From an uncultured Actinomycetota bacterium (GTDB lineage Bacteria > Actinomycetota > Actinomycetes > JAFAQI01): a DNA stretch of 64,000 bases. The notes beneath the pieces are model-generated. The model made no database searches, was not told the origin of the DNA, and was given only the letters and a program-made list of their open reading frames with translations. The translations under genes and the position numbers were made by a program. Shown piece after piece: positions 26,479-37,651 of this stretch (within the stretch, counting starts at the first letter, position 1; every line of letters begins with the position of its first letter). Where the stretch lies: assembly GCA_963770565.1 (NCBI GenBank), contig CAVYQE010000011.1:192001-256000 (forward strand), written 5' to 3'.

Positions 26479-26952
26479 GTGGCGGGGAAGCGAGCAGAGG
26501 CGTCGGAGACCATCGCAGCCGGGCCGGAGCGGGTCTACGACCTCGTCTCGGACCTGGCCCAGATGGGGAAGTGGAGCCCCGAGGCCGTCGGCGGTCGCTG
26601 GGTGGGTGGCGCGGTCGGCCCCGCCGTTGGCGCGCGCTTCCGCGGGAACAATCGCTCGGGCTGGCGACGGTGGTCGACGCTGGCCACCGTTATCGCGGCG
26701 GACCGCGGTAAGCGATTCGCCTTCCGGGTCACGCTCGGCCCGTTTCCCATCTCTGAGTGGTCCTACGACTTCGAACCGACCGCTGAAGGGACGACCCGGG
26801 TCGTCGAACGCTGGCTCGACCTGCGCTCGCCGCTGATCGACCTGCCCTCGCGGCCGGTGATGGGTGTCTATGACCGGCCGGAGCACAACAAGACCAACAT
26901 GGTGCGGACTCTCGCGGTGTTGAAAGCGTCGATCGAGAACGACGAGGCCTAG
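26479..26952 (+). CDS. SRPBCC (polyketide cyclase-like) protein
   Basis: PERVYDLVSDL..MG.WSPE, GARFRG.N, W.Y.FEP, TL..LKA. Confidence 0.85.
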   Translation: MAGKRAEASETIAAGPERVYDLVSDLAQMGKWSPEAVGGRWVGGAVGPAVGARFRGNNRSGWRRWSTLATVIAADRGKRFAFRVTLGPFPISEWSYDFEPTAEGTTRVVERWLDLRSPLIDLPSRPVMGVYDRPEHNKTNMVRTLAVLKASIENDEA

Positions 26953-27042
26953 CCCCACCAATGGGCCATGCGTGGGGCTATTGCCCCCCCAATGGGCCAT
27001 GCGTGGGGCTATAGCCCCACCAATGGGCCATGCGTGTGGCTA
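26950..27042. repeat. Three tandem 31-bp palindromic (REP-like) units
   Basis: TAGCCCCACCAATGGGCCATGCGTGGGGCTA x3 (26950, 26981, 27012) with 1-2 substitutions; no spacers. Confidence 0.9.
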
Positions 27043-28107
27043 GACGGCGTCGTAGTCGATCGTCACCGCTGAGGTGGTCGGCCGCGATTGGCAGGTGAGG
27101 ACGAAGCCGGCATCGAGTTCCCATGGCTCGAGGGCGTAGTTCACTGCCATCTCGACTGCGCCGTCGGCGACCCGCGCGCGGCAGGTTGCGCAGACCCCGC
27201 CGGTGCACGAGAACGGCACATCCAACCCCGCGGCACTCGCCGCGTCGAGCACAGTCTCATCCCGGTGACCATCGATCGTCCGGCGGATCCCGCCGAGGAC
27301 GACGTCGAGCCTCACGCTCTCGCCGTCATCGTGATGCACCGGTTTCGGGGTCCGCTGCGCGTGCGAGCCATACAGCTCGAGGTGCACATGATCGGCAGGC
27401 ACACCGAGCTCGATCAACGCGTCCCGAACGTCCAGCGTCATCGGCTCCGGCCCGCAGGCGAAAGCTTCGTCGTACGACGGGATGTCGATGAGTTCCTTGC
27501 CGAGCGCGCGAAGCTTGTCGGCGTTGATCCGGCCGTTGAGCAGCGGCGTCGCTTGATCCTCGCGGCTGAAGATGTGGATGATCTGCAGCCGGCCGAGGTA
27601 GCGGTCCTTGAGGTCGTGCAGGGCGTCGCGGAAGATCACCGAGCCGGCGCCGCGGTTGCCGTACACGAGCGTGCACCGGCTCTCCGGCTCGTGTTCGAGC
27701 AGTGAACGCAGCAGTGACATGACCGGCGCGATGCCGCTGCCGGACGCGAGAAAGAGATACGACTTGCGATGCGCCGGGTCGATCGGCACCGTGAATCGTC
27801 CCAGCGGCGCCAACGTGTCGAGTTGATCGCCGACCTTCATCGTGGTGTGCGCGCGCTCGCCGAAGACGCCGCCGGCGAGCCGCTTCACGACGATCCGGAG
27901 CTCGACGTCGTCCAGAGCACTGCAGATCGAGTACGACCGGTTGACCGGCTTGCCGTCCCCACCGGCAACCCGGAAGGTGAGGAATTGCCCCGGCGCGAAC
28001 CGAAACGTCTCGCTCAGCCCGGTCGGCACGCCGAGTGCCAGCGAGACCGTGTCATCGGTCTCGCGGCGGATGTCGGCGACCGTGAGCGGGTGGAAGACGC
28101 GGGCCAT
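27040..28107 (-). CDS. paaE: Phenylacetyl-CoA epoxidase reductase subunit
   Basis: RSYSICS, GSGIAP, CGP, C-terminal CTGGVCATC...C ferredoxin. Confidence 0.92.
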   Translation of the reverse strand: MARVFHPLTVADIRRETDDTVSLALGVPTGLSETFRFAPGQFLTFRVAGGDGKPVNRSYSICSALDDVELRIVVKRLAGGVFGERAHTTMKVGDQLDTLAPLGRFTVPIDPAHRKSYLFLASGSGIAPVMSLLRSLLEHEPESRCTLVYGNRGAGSVIFRDALHDLKDRYLGRLQIIHIFSREDQATPLLNGRINADKLRALGKELIDIPSYDEAFACGPEPMTLDVRDALIELGVPADHVHLELYGSHAQRTPKPVHHDDGESVRLDVVLGGIRRTIDGHRDETVLDAASAAGLDVPFSCTGGVCATCRARVADGAVEMAVNYALEPWELDAGFVLTCQSRPTTSAVTIDYDAV

Positions 28108-28604
28108 CAGTGCGCCTTGAAGTAGTCGAACGGTTCTCGGCAGCTCACGCAGCGCCACAGCGCCTTGCAGGGCGTCGACCCGAACCCGGCAATCTCCTCT
28201 ACGTCGTGAGACCCGCACTGCGGGCACGCGGCGGGCGCACCCGGATCGAGGATCGGCAACGACGGCCTGCCATCGGGCTGCACACTGCCGCTCGGCGGCA
28301 CGATGCCGAAGCCCAGGAGCTTGTCGCGGCCGGCCGCACTCAACCAGTCGGTGGTCCAGGCCGGCGAGAGCTGCACCTTGACGTCGACCTCGTCATATGC
28401 CGATGCCAGCGCGGTCCGCACGTCGTGCTCGATCACCTCGGTCGCCGGGCATCCCGAATAGGTCGGCGTCAGCGTCACGGTCACCCGGTGGGAATCGGCC
28501 GATTCCTCGACCGCGCGAACGATGCCGAGGTCCAGCACCGACAGCACCGGGATCTCCGGGTCGGCGACGTCGGCCAGGATCGCCCAGGCGCGTTCCGCGG
28601 TCAC
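28107..28604 (-). CDS. paaD: Phenylacetyl-CoA epoxidase subunit D
   Basis: DPEIPVLS..DLG, TPTYSGCPA, CPQCGS, FGSTPCKAL..C..C.EPFDYFK. Confidence 0.92.
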   Translation of the reverse strand: MTAERAWAILADVADPEIPVLSVLDLGIVRAVEESADSHRVTVTLTPTYSGCPATEVIEHDVRTALASAYDEVDVKVQLSPAWTTDWLSAAGRDKLLGFGIVPPSGSVQPDGRPSLPILDPGAPAACPQCGSHDVEEIAGFGSTPCKALWRCVSCREPFDYFKAH

Positions 28605-29302
28605 CACGTCGCGCCCGGGAACTCGCGGGCAAGCGACTGCGACTCCGACAACAGCTCGGTCAGGTACGGCGTGTGCTGCCCACGCGACCCCCACTCGACC
28701 TCGGTCTGCGGCGGTGGGGGCATCGGCAGGGTCGCCTCCGCCAACACGGCGGCGACGTCGGCGGCCCAGCCCTCGACGGCGATCTCGGCGACGTACGGCC
28801 AGAGCTGGTCGAGCGCGGCGAGCATCCGGCGATGCGACTCGTCGGTGCCGTCGCCGAGCCGGATCACCCACGCACTCGAGTGCCGGCGGTGGTAGGCGTT
28901 CTCCTTCACCGCCTTCTCGGCGACCCCGCGTACGACGTCGTCGCCAGACGTCAGCCAGGAGTGCCAGACCCGCTCCAGCCAGACGTCAATGAACAGCGCC
29001 CGCAGCACGGTGTGGCCGAAGTCGCCGTTCGGCAGCTCGCAGATCGTCGGGTTGCGGAAGTCGGTAGCGTCACGGAAGTAGGCGAGCTGGTCCTCGTCGC
29101 CGAGGTGTGACAACAGCCCGCGGGCCTGCCCGAGCAGGTCGAGCGCGATGTTGCCGAGCGCCACGTCCTCCTCCATCGTGGGCGCGGAGCTGACCCACTC
29201 GGAGAGCCGGTGCGAGGCGATCAAACAGCCGTCCGCGACCACCTCTACGTTCGGGAAGGGCGCGGTCGCCGCAGGTGATGCGGCGTCAGAGGTTGGCGAC
29301 AC
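28601..29302 (-). CDS. paaC: Phenylacetyl-CoA epoxidase subunit C
   Basis: HRLSEW..AP..EEDVAL.NIALDLLGQAR, ELPNGDF, RLGDGTDESH, FPGATW. Confidence 0.9.
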   Translation of the reverse strand: MSPTSDAASPAATAPFPNVEVVADGCLIASHRLSEWVSSAPTMEEDVALGNIALDLLGQARGLLSHLGDEDQLAYFRDATDFRNPTICELPNGDFGHTVLRALFIDVWLERVWHSWLTSGDDVVRGVAEKAVKENAYHRRHSSAWVIRLGDGTDESHRRMLAALDQLWPYVAEIAVEGWAADVAAVLAEATLPMPPPPQTEVEWGSRGQHTPYLTELLSESQSLAREFPGATW

Positions 29303-29558
29303 CGTCGGGCACTTCGTAGAACGTAGGGTGCCGGTAGATCTTGTCCATCGCCGGCTCGAACAGCTCGTCCTTGTCCGACGGGTCGCTTGCCACGATCGCG
29401 GCCGACGGCACGACCCAGATGCTCGCTGCTTCACCACGCCTGGTGAAGACGTCGCGCGCGTTCTCCAGGGCCATCTCGGCGTCGACCGCGTGCAGGCTGC
29501 CGACATGTTGGTGGTGCATCCCGTTGCGGGGACGGAGAAAGACCTCCCACAGCTGCAT
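29286..29558 (-). CDS. paaB: Phenylacetyl-CoA epoxidase subunit B
   Basis: WEVF...HVGSLHA.D.EMAL.NARDV.TRR.E..SIWVV; YRHPTFY. Confidence 0.92.
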   Translation of the reverse strand: MQLWEVFLRPRNGMHHQHVGSLHAVDAEMALENARDVFTRRGEAASIWVVPSAAIVASDPSDKDELFEPAMDKIYRHPTFYEVPDGVANL

Positions 29559-29560
29559 GG

Positions 29561-30490
29561 TCAGGCCGCCACTCGGTCCGCGCGCTTCGCGGCGTGCGCT
29601 TCAGCCGCCTCGAGCACCCAGGCACCCTCGTCGAAGGCCCGTTGCCGGTGCGCCATCCGCTGCGCGTTGCAAGGACCGTTGCCCTTCACGACGTTCATGA
29701 ACTCGTCCCAGTCAATCTCGCCGAAGCGCCAGTGCCCGGAGGCTTCGTCGTACTCGAGGTCGTCGTCCGGGATCCGCAGGCCGAGGAACTGCGCCTGCGG
29801 CACGGTCACATCGACGAACCGCTGCCGCAGGTCGTCGTTGCTGAACCGCTTGATCCGCCAGCGCATCGACTGCGCGGAGTTGGGGGAGGCGTCATCGTTC
29901 GGCCCGAACATCATCAGCGACGGCCACCACCAGCGATCGAGCGCGTCCTGCGCCATCGCCTTCTGCTCTGCCGTGCCGTTACACAGCGTGACGAGGATGT
30001 CGAAGCCCTGCCGCTGATGGAACGACTCCTCGCGGCAGATCCGCTTCATCGCGCGGGCGTAGGGGCCGAACGAGCACCGGCACAGCGGCACCTGGTTCAT
30101 GATCGCGGCACCGTCGACCAGCCAGCCGATCGCGCCCATGTCGGCCCAGGTCGGCGTCGGGTAGTTGAAGATCGAGGAGTATTTCGCCGTGCCGGCGAGG
30201 AGCTGGTCGACCATCTCCTCGCGGCTGGTGCCGAGCGTCTCCGCGGCGGCATAGAGATAAAGGCCATGGCCGGCTTCGTCCTGGACCTTGGCGAGCAGGA
30301 TCGCCTTGCGGCGCAAGGTCGGAGCGCGGGTGATCCAGCTGCCCTCAGGCTGCATCCCGATGATCTCCGAGTGGGCGTGCTGGGAGATCTGGCGGACCAG
30401 GGTCTTGCGATAGGACTCGGGCATCCAGTCGGTCGGCTCGACCTTGTCCTCGGCCGCCACCAGGGCGTCGAAGGTCGCCTCAGCACTCAC
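29561..30490 (-). CDS. paaA: Phenylacetyl-CoA epoxidase catalytic subunit A
   Basis: [35 protein letters not shown] di-iron motifs. Confidence 0.95.
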   Translation of the reverse strand: MSAEATFDALVAAEDKVEPTDWMPESYRKTLVRQISQHAHSEIIGMQPEGSWITRAPTLRRKAILLAKVQDEAGHGLYLYAAAETLGTSREEMVDQLLAGTAKYSSIFNYPTPTWADMGAIGWLVDGAAIMNQVPLCRCSFGPYARAMKRICREESFHQRQGFDILVTLCNGTAEQKAMAQDALDRWWWPSLMMFGPNDDASPNSAQSMRWRIKRFSNDDLRQRFVDVTVPQAQFLGLRIPDDDLEYDEASGHWRFGEIDWDEFMNVVKGNGPCNAQRMAHRQRAFDEGAWVLEAAEAHAAKRADRVAA

Positions 30491-30496
30491 TCTCAA

Positions 30497-30525
30497 AATG
30501 TAACGCTCAAGCGCACAATCTGCAA
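30497..30525 (-). promoter_or_regulatory. Sigma-A-type promoter of a likely leaderless paaA transcript
   Basis: TTGCAG-N17-TACATT-N6-GTG; no RBS. Confidence 0.6.
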
Positions 30526-30541
30526 GGAGTTGTCACATCTC

Positions 30542-31075
30542 CTACTCGGCGGCGTCGGTGACCGCGACCTCGACCAGCGGGATCACCCGTGGGGGGATCT
30601 CGGTCGCCAGCACGATCACCGTCGAGGTCCGCGAGACCGTCGGCGACGCGACGACCAGGTCGATCACCCGCTGCAAGTCGGCGTTCGACCGCGCGACCAG
30701 CCGGACCATCATGTCCGCGCCGCCGGTGATCGTGTGCGCTTCGAGCACCTCGGGGATGGTCCGCAGATGCGACGCGACCGGCTCGTGCGCGCTCCCGGCC
30801 GCCGCGCCCTGGGCGATCTCCAAGGTTGCGAACGCCGACACCGGGAAGCCGAGCGCCACCGGATCGACCGATGGCGACCAGCCGGTGATCACCCCGGCCC
30901 GCTCCATCCGGTCAAGGCGGGCCTGCACGGTCCCGCGGGCCACCCCCAGCCGGCGCGACGCTTCGAGCACGCCGATGCGGGGCGCTCCGGCAAATAACTG
31001 CACGATCTGGCCATCGAGGGCATCAAGGCTGTACATATTGCACAGTATGTCGCACGAGTCTTGTACGACGCGCAC
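30542..31075 (-). CDS. Lrp/AsnC family regulator (start probably near 31036)
   Basis: LDALDGQI, LGVARGTVQARL, IPEVLEAHTITG..D; divergent from hppD. Confidence 0.9.
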   Translation of the reverse strand: MRVVQDSCDILCNMYSLDALDGQIVQLFAGAPRIGVLEASRRLGVARGTVQARLDRMERAGVITGWSPSVDPVALGFPVSAFATLEIAQGAAAGSAHEPVASHLRTIPEVLEAHTITGGADMMVRLVARSNADLQRVIDLVVASPTVSRTSTVIVLATEIPPRVIPLVEVAVTDAAE

Positions 31076-31095
31076 AACCCGGGCAGTCTCAGTAG

Positions 31096-32208
<1,113 letters not shown>

Positions 32209-32210
32209 GC

Positions 32211-33266
32211 ATGTCAGTGCACCTGCGCGCCGCGATGAGCGCGCTGCCGAGTTACGTGGCCGGCCGCAAGACCCCGGGCGCAATCGTGCTTGCCAGCAAC
32301 GAGTCGCCGTACGGCCTGCTTCCTTCGGTGGCCGCGGCCATCGACGAATTGACCGCTGGCGTCAGCCGATATCCCGACATGGCGGCCGCCCGGCTGATCG
32401 ACGCGATTGCCGCCCACCACGACGTCGGCCCGGACCACATTGCCGTGGGCGCGGGAAGCGTCGAGGTGGTCGGCCAGATCGCAGCGGCGGTCGTCGACGC
32501 AGGTGACGAGGTGGTGTTCGGCTGGCGCGCGTTCGAGGCCTACCCGATCATTACGGTGGTCGTCGGCGGCACGCCGGTCAAGGTGCCGCTGCGTGACTAC
32601 GTTCACGATCTCGACGCGATGGCCGACGCGGTGACCGACAAGACTCGGCTCGTGCTGCTGTGCAACCCGAACAACCCCACCGGCACCGCGGTCGGCGCGG
32701 CCGGGCTCACCACCTTCCTCGACCGGGTGCCGAATGACGTCGTGGTGGTGATCGACGAGGCCTACCACCAGTACGCCGATCCGGCGTTGGTCCCCGATGC
32801 ACTTGAGCTGTTCGGTGGCCGACCCAATGTCGTGATCACGCGCACGTTCTCGAAGGCCTATTCGCTGGCCGGGTTGCGGGTCGGCTACTGCGTCGGCGCG
32901 CCCGAGCTCGTTGCCGCCGCACGCAAGACCCAGGTGCCGTTCAGCGTGAGCGGCCTGGCTCAGGACTGTGCCATCGCAGCCCTGGCCGACACCACCGAGG
33001 TCGATCGGCGGGCGGCGCTGACCGTCGCCGAGCGCGACCGGGTCGCGAAACTGCTTGCGGTCGCGGGACTCGACGTACCACCGTCGCAGGCAAACTTCGT
33101 CTGGCTGCCGATCGGTGAGGATGCGATGCCGCTCGCGCAGCACTGCGAGGCCGGCGGGGTTCTGATCCGGCCGTTCCCCGGCGAGGGCGTGCGCGTCACG
33201 ATCGGCCTACCCGAGGAAAACGACGCGTTCCTGGCGCTTCTGTCGACCTGGTCGCCGATTCGCTGA
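32211..33266 (+). CDS. HisC-family aromatic amino acid aminotransferase (Pat-like)
   Basis: LASNE, CNPNNPTG, DEAY, RTFSKAYSLAGLRVG; follows hppD. Confidence 0.85.
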   Translation: MSVHLRAAMSALPSYVAGRKTPGAIVLASNESPYGLLPSVAAAIDELTAGVSRYPDMAAARLIDAIAAHHDVGPDHIAVGAGSVEVVGQIAAAVVDAGDEVVFGWRAFEAYPIITVVVGGTPVKVPLRDYVHDLDAMADAVTDKTRLVLLCNPNNPTGTAVGAAGLTTFLDRVPNDVVVVIDEAYHQYADPALVPDALELFGGRPNVVITRTFSKAYSLAGLRVGYCVGAPELVAAARKTQVPFSVSGLAQDCAIAALADTTEVDRRAALTVAERDRVAKLLAVAGLDVPPSQANFVWLPIGEDAMPLAQHCEAGGVLIRPFPGEGVRVTIGLPEENDAFLALLSTWSPIR

Positions 33267-33270
33267 CAGG

Positions 33271-34518
33271 GTGTTGCGCGTGGTGATGCGCGCGCAGGGG
33301 CTGATCATCGCGATCTGCGCCGCGAGCGGGTTGGCTGGGCTGATCGGTCTGGCCGGTGCGATCCCGTCGGGACCGGCCGGCGGGCGCGCGGTCGCCGGCC
33401 TGATCGGCCTGGTCGCTCTGGCGGTCTGTGTGCGGCTCGCGGTCGCGGGCCTGCGGCTCGAGCCCTACACGGTCACGATCCGCGGCCTCACCACGACCGA
33501 CCGGATTGCGCGCGCCGATGTCCTCGGCCTCGCGATCCAGCCCGCGGCCCGGGGCCGGCTGCGCCGGCTCGCGGTGGTGTGCGCGGACGGTCGCGTCGTG
33601 CCGGCGGTGTGGACGGTCGCCGGCACCGAGAACGCGCAGTGGGCCGGCCGGGCCGCCTGGGCGGGCGCGGGATTCGGGCCTACCCAGGTCGAGGTTGCAC
33701 CGACGCTGGGTCGGCTCGGTCGCCTGGTGGCCGACGGGCCGCTTCCGATCGTCAGCCCCGATCCCGGTCTCACGCCGCAGACCGTCTCACCGGTCGACTC
33801 ACTGCACTCCGAGCGATGGTTGGGCTGGGAGACCACGTTCGTCGTTGCTGCCTTCGCTTTCCCCGGGGTGGCGGCTGCGGTCGAGATCCTGGCCCAGCAT
33901 CTCGACGGGGTCAGTGACCTCAACGAGTTCGCGTTGCCGCTACCGCACAATCCGGCCGCGAGCCTGTTCATCCTGATCATCGGCTACCTCGCGACCGCAC
34001 TCGTCGTACCGATCGCGCTGCTGCTGCTGGCCCGGACCGGCCAGCCGCCGGCGGCCCTCGGCCTCGAGCGTCGCGGCCTTAAGTCCGACGCGGTCGGTGC
34101 CGTCGGGCTGCTCGCCGGGATCTGGGCGGTCAATATCGCGGTGCTCATCCCGTTGTCGTTCCTCATCAACAACAAGCACCTGACCAACACGGCGACTAAC
34201 TCGCATGTGCCGCCGTACTACATCGTCTATGCGCTGGTCGTTGCCGCAACGACTGCGATCAACGAAGAGGTCGTGGTCAACGGCTACTTCATGACCCGGC
34301 TCGCGCAACGCGGCTGGTCGCCACCGGCTGCGCTCGCGCTCAGCCTCGCGGTCCGGACCAGTTATCACGCCTACTACGGAATCGGCCTGGTCGCCACCGT
34401 GCCGTTCGGCTATCTCGTGACCCGGTCGTTCCAGAAGCGCGGTCGGCTGGCCCGCCCGATCTTCACCCACTTCATGTACGACGCGATCCTGCTGATCATC
34501 GCCGTACTGACGTCCTAG
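33271..34518 (+). CDS. CPBP (CAAX/Abi) intramembrane metalloprotease with N-terminal TM+PH-like domain
   Basis: NEE...GY...R, R.SYH.Y.G, H..YD motifs; extra N-terminal module. Confidence 0.75.
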   Translation: MLRVVMRAQGLIIAICAASGLAGLIGLAGAIPSGPAGGRAVAGLIGLVALAVCVRLAVAGLRLEPYTVTIRGLTTTDRIARADVLGLAIQPAARGRLRRLAVVCADGRVVPAVWTVAGTENAQWAGRAAWAGAGFGPTQVEVAPTLGRLGRLVADGPLPIVSPDPGLTPQTVSPVDSLHSERWLGWETTFVVAAFAFPGVAAAVEILAQHLDGVSDLNEFALPLPHNPAASLFILIIGYLATALVVPIALLLLARTGQPPAALGLERRGLKSDAVGAVGLLAGIWAVNIAVLIPLSFLINNKHLTNTATNSHVPPYYIVYALVVAATTAINEEVVVNGYFMTRLAQRGWSPPAALALSLAVRTSYHAYYGIGLVATVPFGYLVTRSFQKRGRLARPIFTHFMYDAILLIIAVLTS

Positions 34519-34528
34519 GTCCCCCTGT

Positions 34529-34589
34529 GTTGATCACGGCGAAATGCGCGAAGAATCGGCGTGTCTTCGCGCTTAATGTCATGGTCAAC
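34529..34589. repeat. Imperfect palindromic intergenic element
   Basis: GTTGATCACG...GCGCGAAGA / TCTTCGCGC...CATGGTCAAC between convergent genes. Confidence 0.6.
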
Positions 34590-35004
34590 TCGGCTTGGTG
34601 GCGCTGCCGGCCAGGTCGGCGATCGTGGTCTGTTCGAGGATGTGGCGTACGCCGTCGCCGACCGCCACCCACAGGTCGTTCACCGACTCGGCGCTGCCCC
34701 GGTCATGAGGCCCGCTCGGACGCGGATTGGGTAGGTCGACCAGCGGACCGTCGACGGCGCGGACCACCGCGGCAACCGTGATCTCGTCCGCGGGCCGCGA
34801 CAGCCACCAGCCGCCGTTGGGCCCGCGCCGGCTGTCGACCACGCTGACCCGGCGCAGGTCGGCGAGGATGTTCAGCAGGAACTGCAACGGGATCCGCTGC
34901 GTGTCGGCGATCGCGTGCGCAGTCAGCGAGTTGGCCGGATCGATGGCGCCGGCTGTCGCCAGCTCGATCGTGGCTCGGATTGCGTAGTCCGTCTTGGCTG
35001 ACAT
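34585..35004 (-). CDS. Rrf2 family regulator without Cys ligands (CymR-like)
   Basis: SAKTDYAIRA, IP..FL..IL..L, S.RG..GG..L.RP..EIT...VVRAVDGPL; no Cys. Confidence 0.85.
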   Translation of the reverse strand: MSAKTDYAIRATIELATAGAIDPANSLTAHAIADTQRIPLQFLLNILADLRRVSVVDSRRGPNGGWWLSRPADEITVAAVVRAVDGPLVDLPNPRPSGPHDRGSAESVNDLWVAVGDGVRHILEQTTIADLAGSATKPS

Positions 35005-35044
35005 CCGTACCGATCCGTTGCTGAAGATGGACACGACGCCTGGA

Positions 35045-36043
35045 TCAGCCGGCCCGGTCCAAGCGCGGGTTGCTGACGCCGACCGCAGCCAGCGGACCGG
35101 CGGTGGGCAAGGCGGTGAGGTGGACGGCGTCGCCGACACCGACCGCCAGTTTCTGGATCTGGTTGCGGGTGAGCTGGACCGTGATCGCCTCGCCGCCCTT
35201 GACCGGGTGAGCGACTAGGCGGGTCTCGAATCCCAGTGACACCAGGCGGTCGACGATCGCGGCGTGCCCGCCCGAGTCCGGAGCCATGGAGACGTGGATG
35301 TCGTGCGGCCGGACCAGCTCGCCGCCGAGCCGGGTCACCGGCCCGAGGAAGCCCATCACGAAGTCGTTGACCGGGTGGTCGTAGAGCTGGTCCGGCGTAC
35401 CGGCCTGCTCGACCTGCCCGTCGTTGATCACGATGATCTGGTCGGAGATCTCCAACGCTTCTTCTTGGTCGTGCGTGACGAAGATCGTGGTGGTGTCCAC
35501 CTCGTCATGCAGGCGGCGCAGCCACTCGCGCAGCTCCTGTCGCACCTTGACGTCCAACGCGCCGAACGGCTCGTCGAGCAGGAGCAGCGACGGCTCCACC
35601 GCGAGCGCCCGGGCGAGCGCCATGCGCTGGCGCTGGCCACCGGAAAGTTCCGAGGGGTAGCGATGCGCAAGGCCGTCGAGGTGGACGAGCTTCAGCAGGT
35701 CGTTGACCCGGCCGCGGATCTTTGGCTTGGGGGTCTTGCGCACCTTCAGGCCGAACGCCACGTTGTCCCACACGGACATGTGGGTGAACGCCGCATAGTG
35801 CTGGAAGACGAACCCGATCCCGCGATCACGGGCCGGGACGTTCGTGACATCGACGCCGTCGATGAGGACGGTGCCGCTGTCGGCTGTCTCGAGCCCGGCG
35901 ATGATCCTGAGCAACGTCGACTTGCCGCCGCCGCTGGGGCCGAGTACGGCAGTCAGCTGCCCGGACTCGATGTCGACCGTGACGTCTTGCAGTGCATGAA
36001 AGTCGTCGAAGGTCTTGCTGAGATTGCGGACCTGGATGCTCAC
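35045..36043 (-). CDS. cysA: Sulfate ABC transporter ATPase
   Basis: [33 protein letters not shown]. Confidence 0.9.
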   Translation of the reverse strand: MSIQVRNLSKTFDDFHALQDVTVDIESGQLTAVLGPSGGGKSTLLRIIAGLETADSGTVLIDGVDVTNVPARDRGIGFVFQHYAAFTHMSVWDNVAFGLKVRKTPKPKIRGRVNDLLKLVHLDGLAHRYPSELSGGQRQRMALARALAVEPSLLLLDEPFGALDVKVRQELREWLRRLHDEVDTTTIFVTHDQEEALEISDQIIVINDGQVEQAGTPDQLYDHPVNDFVMGFLGPVTRLGGELVRPHDIHVSMAPDSGGHAAIVDRLVSLGFETRLVAHPVKGGEAITVQLTRNQIQKLAVGVGDAVHLTALPTAGPLAAVGVSNPRLDRAG

Positions 36044-36840
36044 GACGCGGCCTCCTTGCGACGACGACTGCTGAGCGTGGTCATGCCGACCAGAATCAGT
36101 AGAGAGATGACGGCGAGCAGCAGGCCGGCGCTGTACGCCGCGACCGGCTGGAACTGCGAGAAACTGTCGTTGACGAACAGCGGAAGGGTCTGGGTCTGGC
36201 CGACGCTGTTGCCCGACACGATGTTGACCGCGCCGAACTCACCGAGTGCCCGCGCCGCAGTGAGGACCACGCCGTACACGACCGCCCAGCGGATCGCCGG
36301 GAGCGTGACTTGGAAGAAGCTCTGCAACCGTGAGGCGCCGAGCACCTCCGCCGCCTGCTCCTGCTCGGTGCCGAGCTCCTCAAGTACTGGGACGACCTCG
36401 CGTACGACGAACGGCAGGCTGACGAAGATCGTCGCGATCGCGATTGCCTTCCAAGTGAACAGCACGCTGATGTTGTGGGCGAACAGGTACGTGCCGAACC
36501 ACCCGGTGCGGCCGTAAAGCGTGTAGACGGCCAGGCCGATCACCACCGGCGACATCGCGAACGGCAGGTTGATCATCGCGTTGACCAGCCACGGCAGCGG
36601 CATCTTGTGCCGGGCGATCAGCCAGGCCGTGGTGACTCCGAAGATGACGTTGACCGGTACGCAGATCGCGGTGATGAGCACCGAGAGCTGCAGCGCGTGG
36701 GTGGCGTTCGGGCTGCTGAGTGCGTCCCACACCGGCGCGGCCCCGTGCTCGAACGTGCGGTAGCCGATCATCACGATCGGCACGAGCAACAGCAGTGTGA
36801 CGTAGGCGAGGATCGAGTAGCGAAGCGCGTACTTACCCAT
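36040..36840 (-). CDS. cysW: Sulfate ABC permease
   Basis: [29 protein letters not shown]. Confidence 0.9.
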   Translation of the reverse strand: MGKYALRYSILAYVTLLLLVPIVMIGYRTFEHGAAPVWDALSSPNATHALQLSVLITAICVPVNVIFGVTTAWLIARHKMPLPWLVNAMINLPFAMSPVVIGLAVYTLYGRTGWFGTYLFAHNISVLFTWKAIAIATIFVSLPFVVREVVPVLEELGTEQEQAAEVLGASRLQSFFQVTLPAIRWAVVYGVVLTAARALGEFGAVNIVSGNSVGQTQTLPLFVNDSFSQFQPVAAYSAGLLLAVISLLILVGMTTLSSRRRKEAAS

Positions 36841-37651
36841 GGCGCGCCGTCCAGCGCCGTGTCACAACCGCAAGAACCACGAAGACCAGCAGTGCGAGTG
36901 CGAGCAGCTCCACGCTGACCGCCGCCGCGGTCTGCGAGCTGTCCTGCTCGACGTTGTTGAAGATCAGCTGCGAGGCGACCTGAGTGTGCGGCAGGTTGCC
37001 GCCGATCAGGACGACGGACCCGAACTCGCCGAGCGCCCGGGTGAAGGCGAGCGCGGCACCGGTGAGCGTTGCCGGCAGAATCGCCGGGAGGATGATCCGG
37101 CGGAAGATGGTGAGGGGGCGGGCGCCGAGGCAGGCGGCCGCGTCCTCGACGTCACGTTCGAGGCTGAGCAACACCGGCTGGACCGCGCGGGTCACGAACG
37201 GCAGGGTCACGAACAGCAACGCGAACAGTACGCCGATGCGGGTCCCGGCGACGTTGATGCCGATCGGGCTGCCGGGGCCGTACAGCGTGAGCAGGACCAG
37301 GCCGGCGACGATCGTCGGCAGGGCGAATGGCAGGTCGATGACCGCGTTCAGGATCCGCTTGCCGGGAAAGTCGTCACGGACCAGCACCCAGGCGAGCGCC
37401 ACGCCCGTGACGATGTCGAGCACGGCCGCCGCGAGGGAGACCTCGATCGTGAACGCCAGGACGGACCGGGTCACCGGCGCGGTGACCGTCGACCAGAACG
37501 AGCCGTGCGCGGACAGGCTGATGAGGGCGGCGACCGGTAGGCCGACGAGGATTGACAGGTAGAGCATCGACAGCCCGGGCGCAACGCCCGAGGCGATCGG
37601 TCGTGGCACGACCCACTTGCGGGGTCGTGCCACGACGGCGACGTCAGCCAC
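36833..37651 (-). CDS. cysT: Sulfate ABC permease
   Basis: AWVLVR..FPGK, DLPFALPT.VAG, LPFV.R.VQPVL. Confidence 0.9.
   Translation of the reverse strand: MADVAVVARPRKWVVPRPIASGVAPGLSMLYLSILVGLPVAALISLSAHGSFWSTVTAPVTRSVLAFTIEVSLAAAVLDIVTGVALAWVLVRDDFPGKRILNAVIDLPFALPTIVAGLVLLTLYGPGSPIGINVAGTRIGVLFALLFVTLPFVTRAVQPVLLSLERDVEDAAACLGARPLTIFRRIILPAILPATLTGAALAFTRALGEFGSVVLIGGNLPHTQVASQLIFNNVEQDSSQTAAAVSVELLALALLVFVVLAVVTRRWTARHG

Noticed and set aside
26950-27042. CRISPR array
   Set aside because: Units are contiguous with no spacers.
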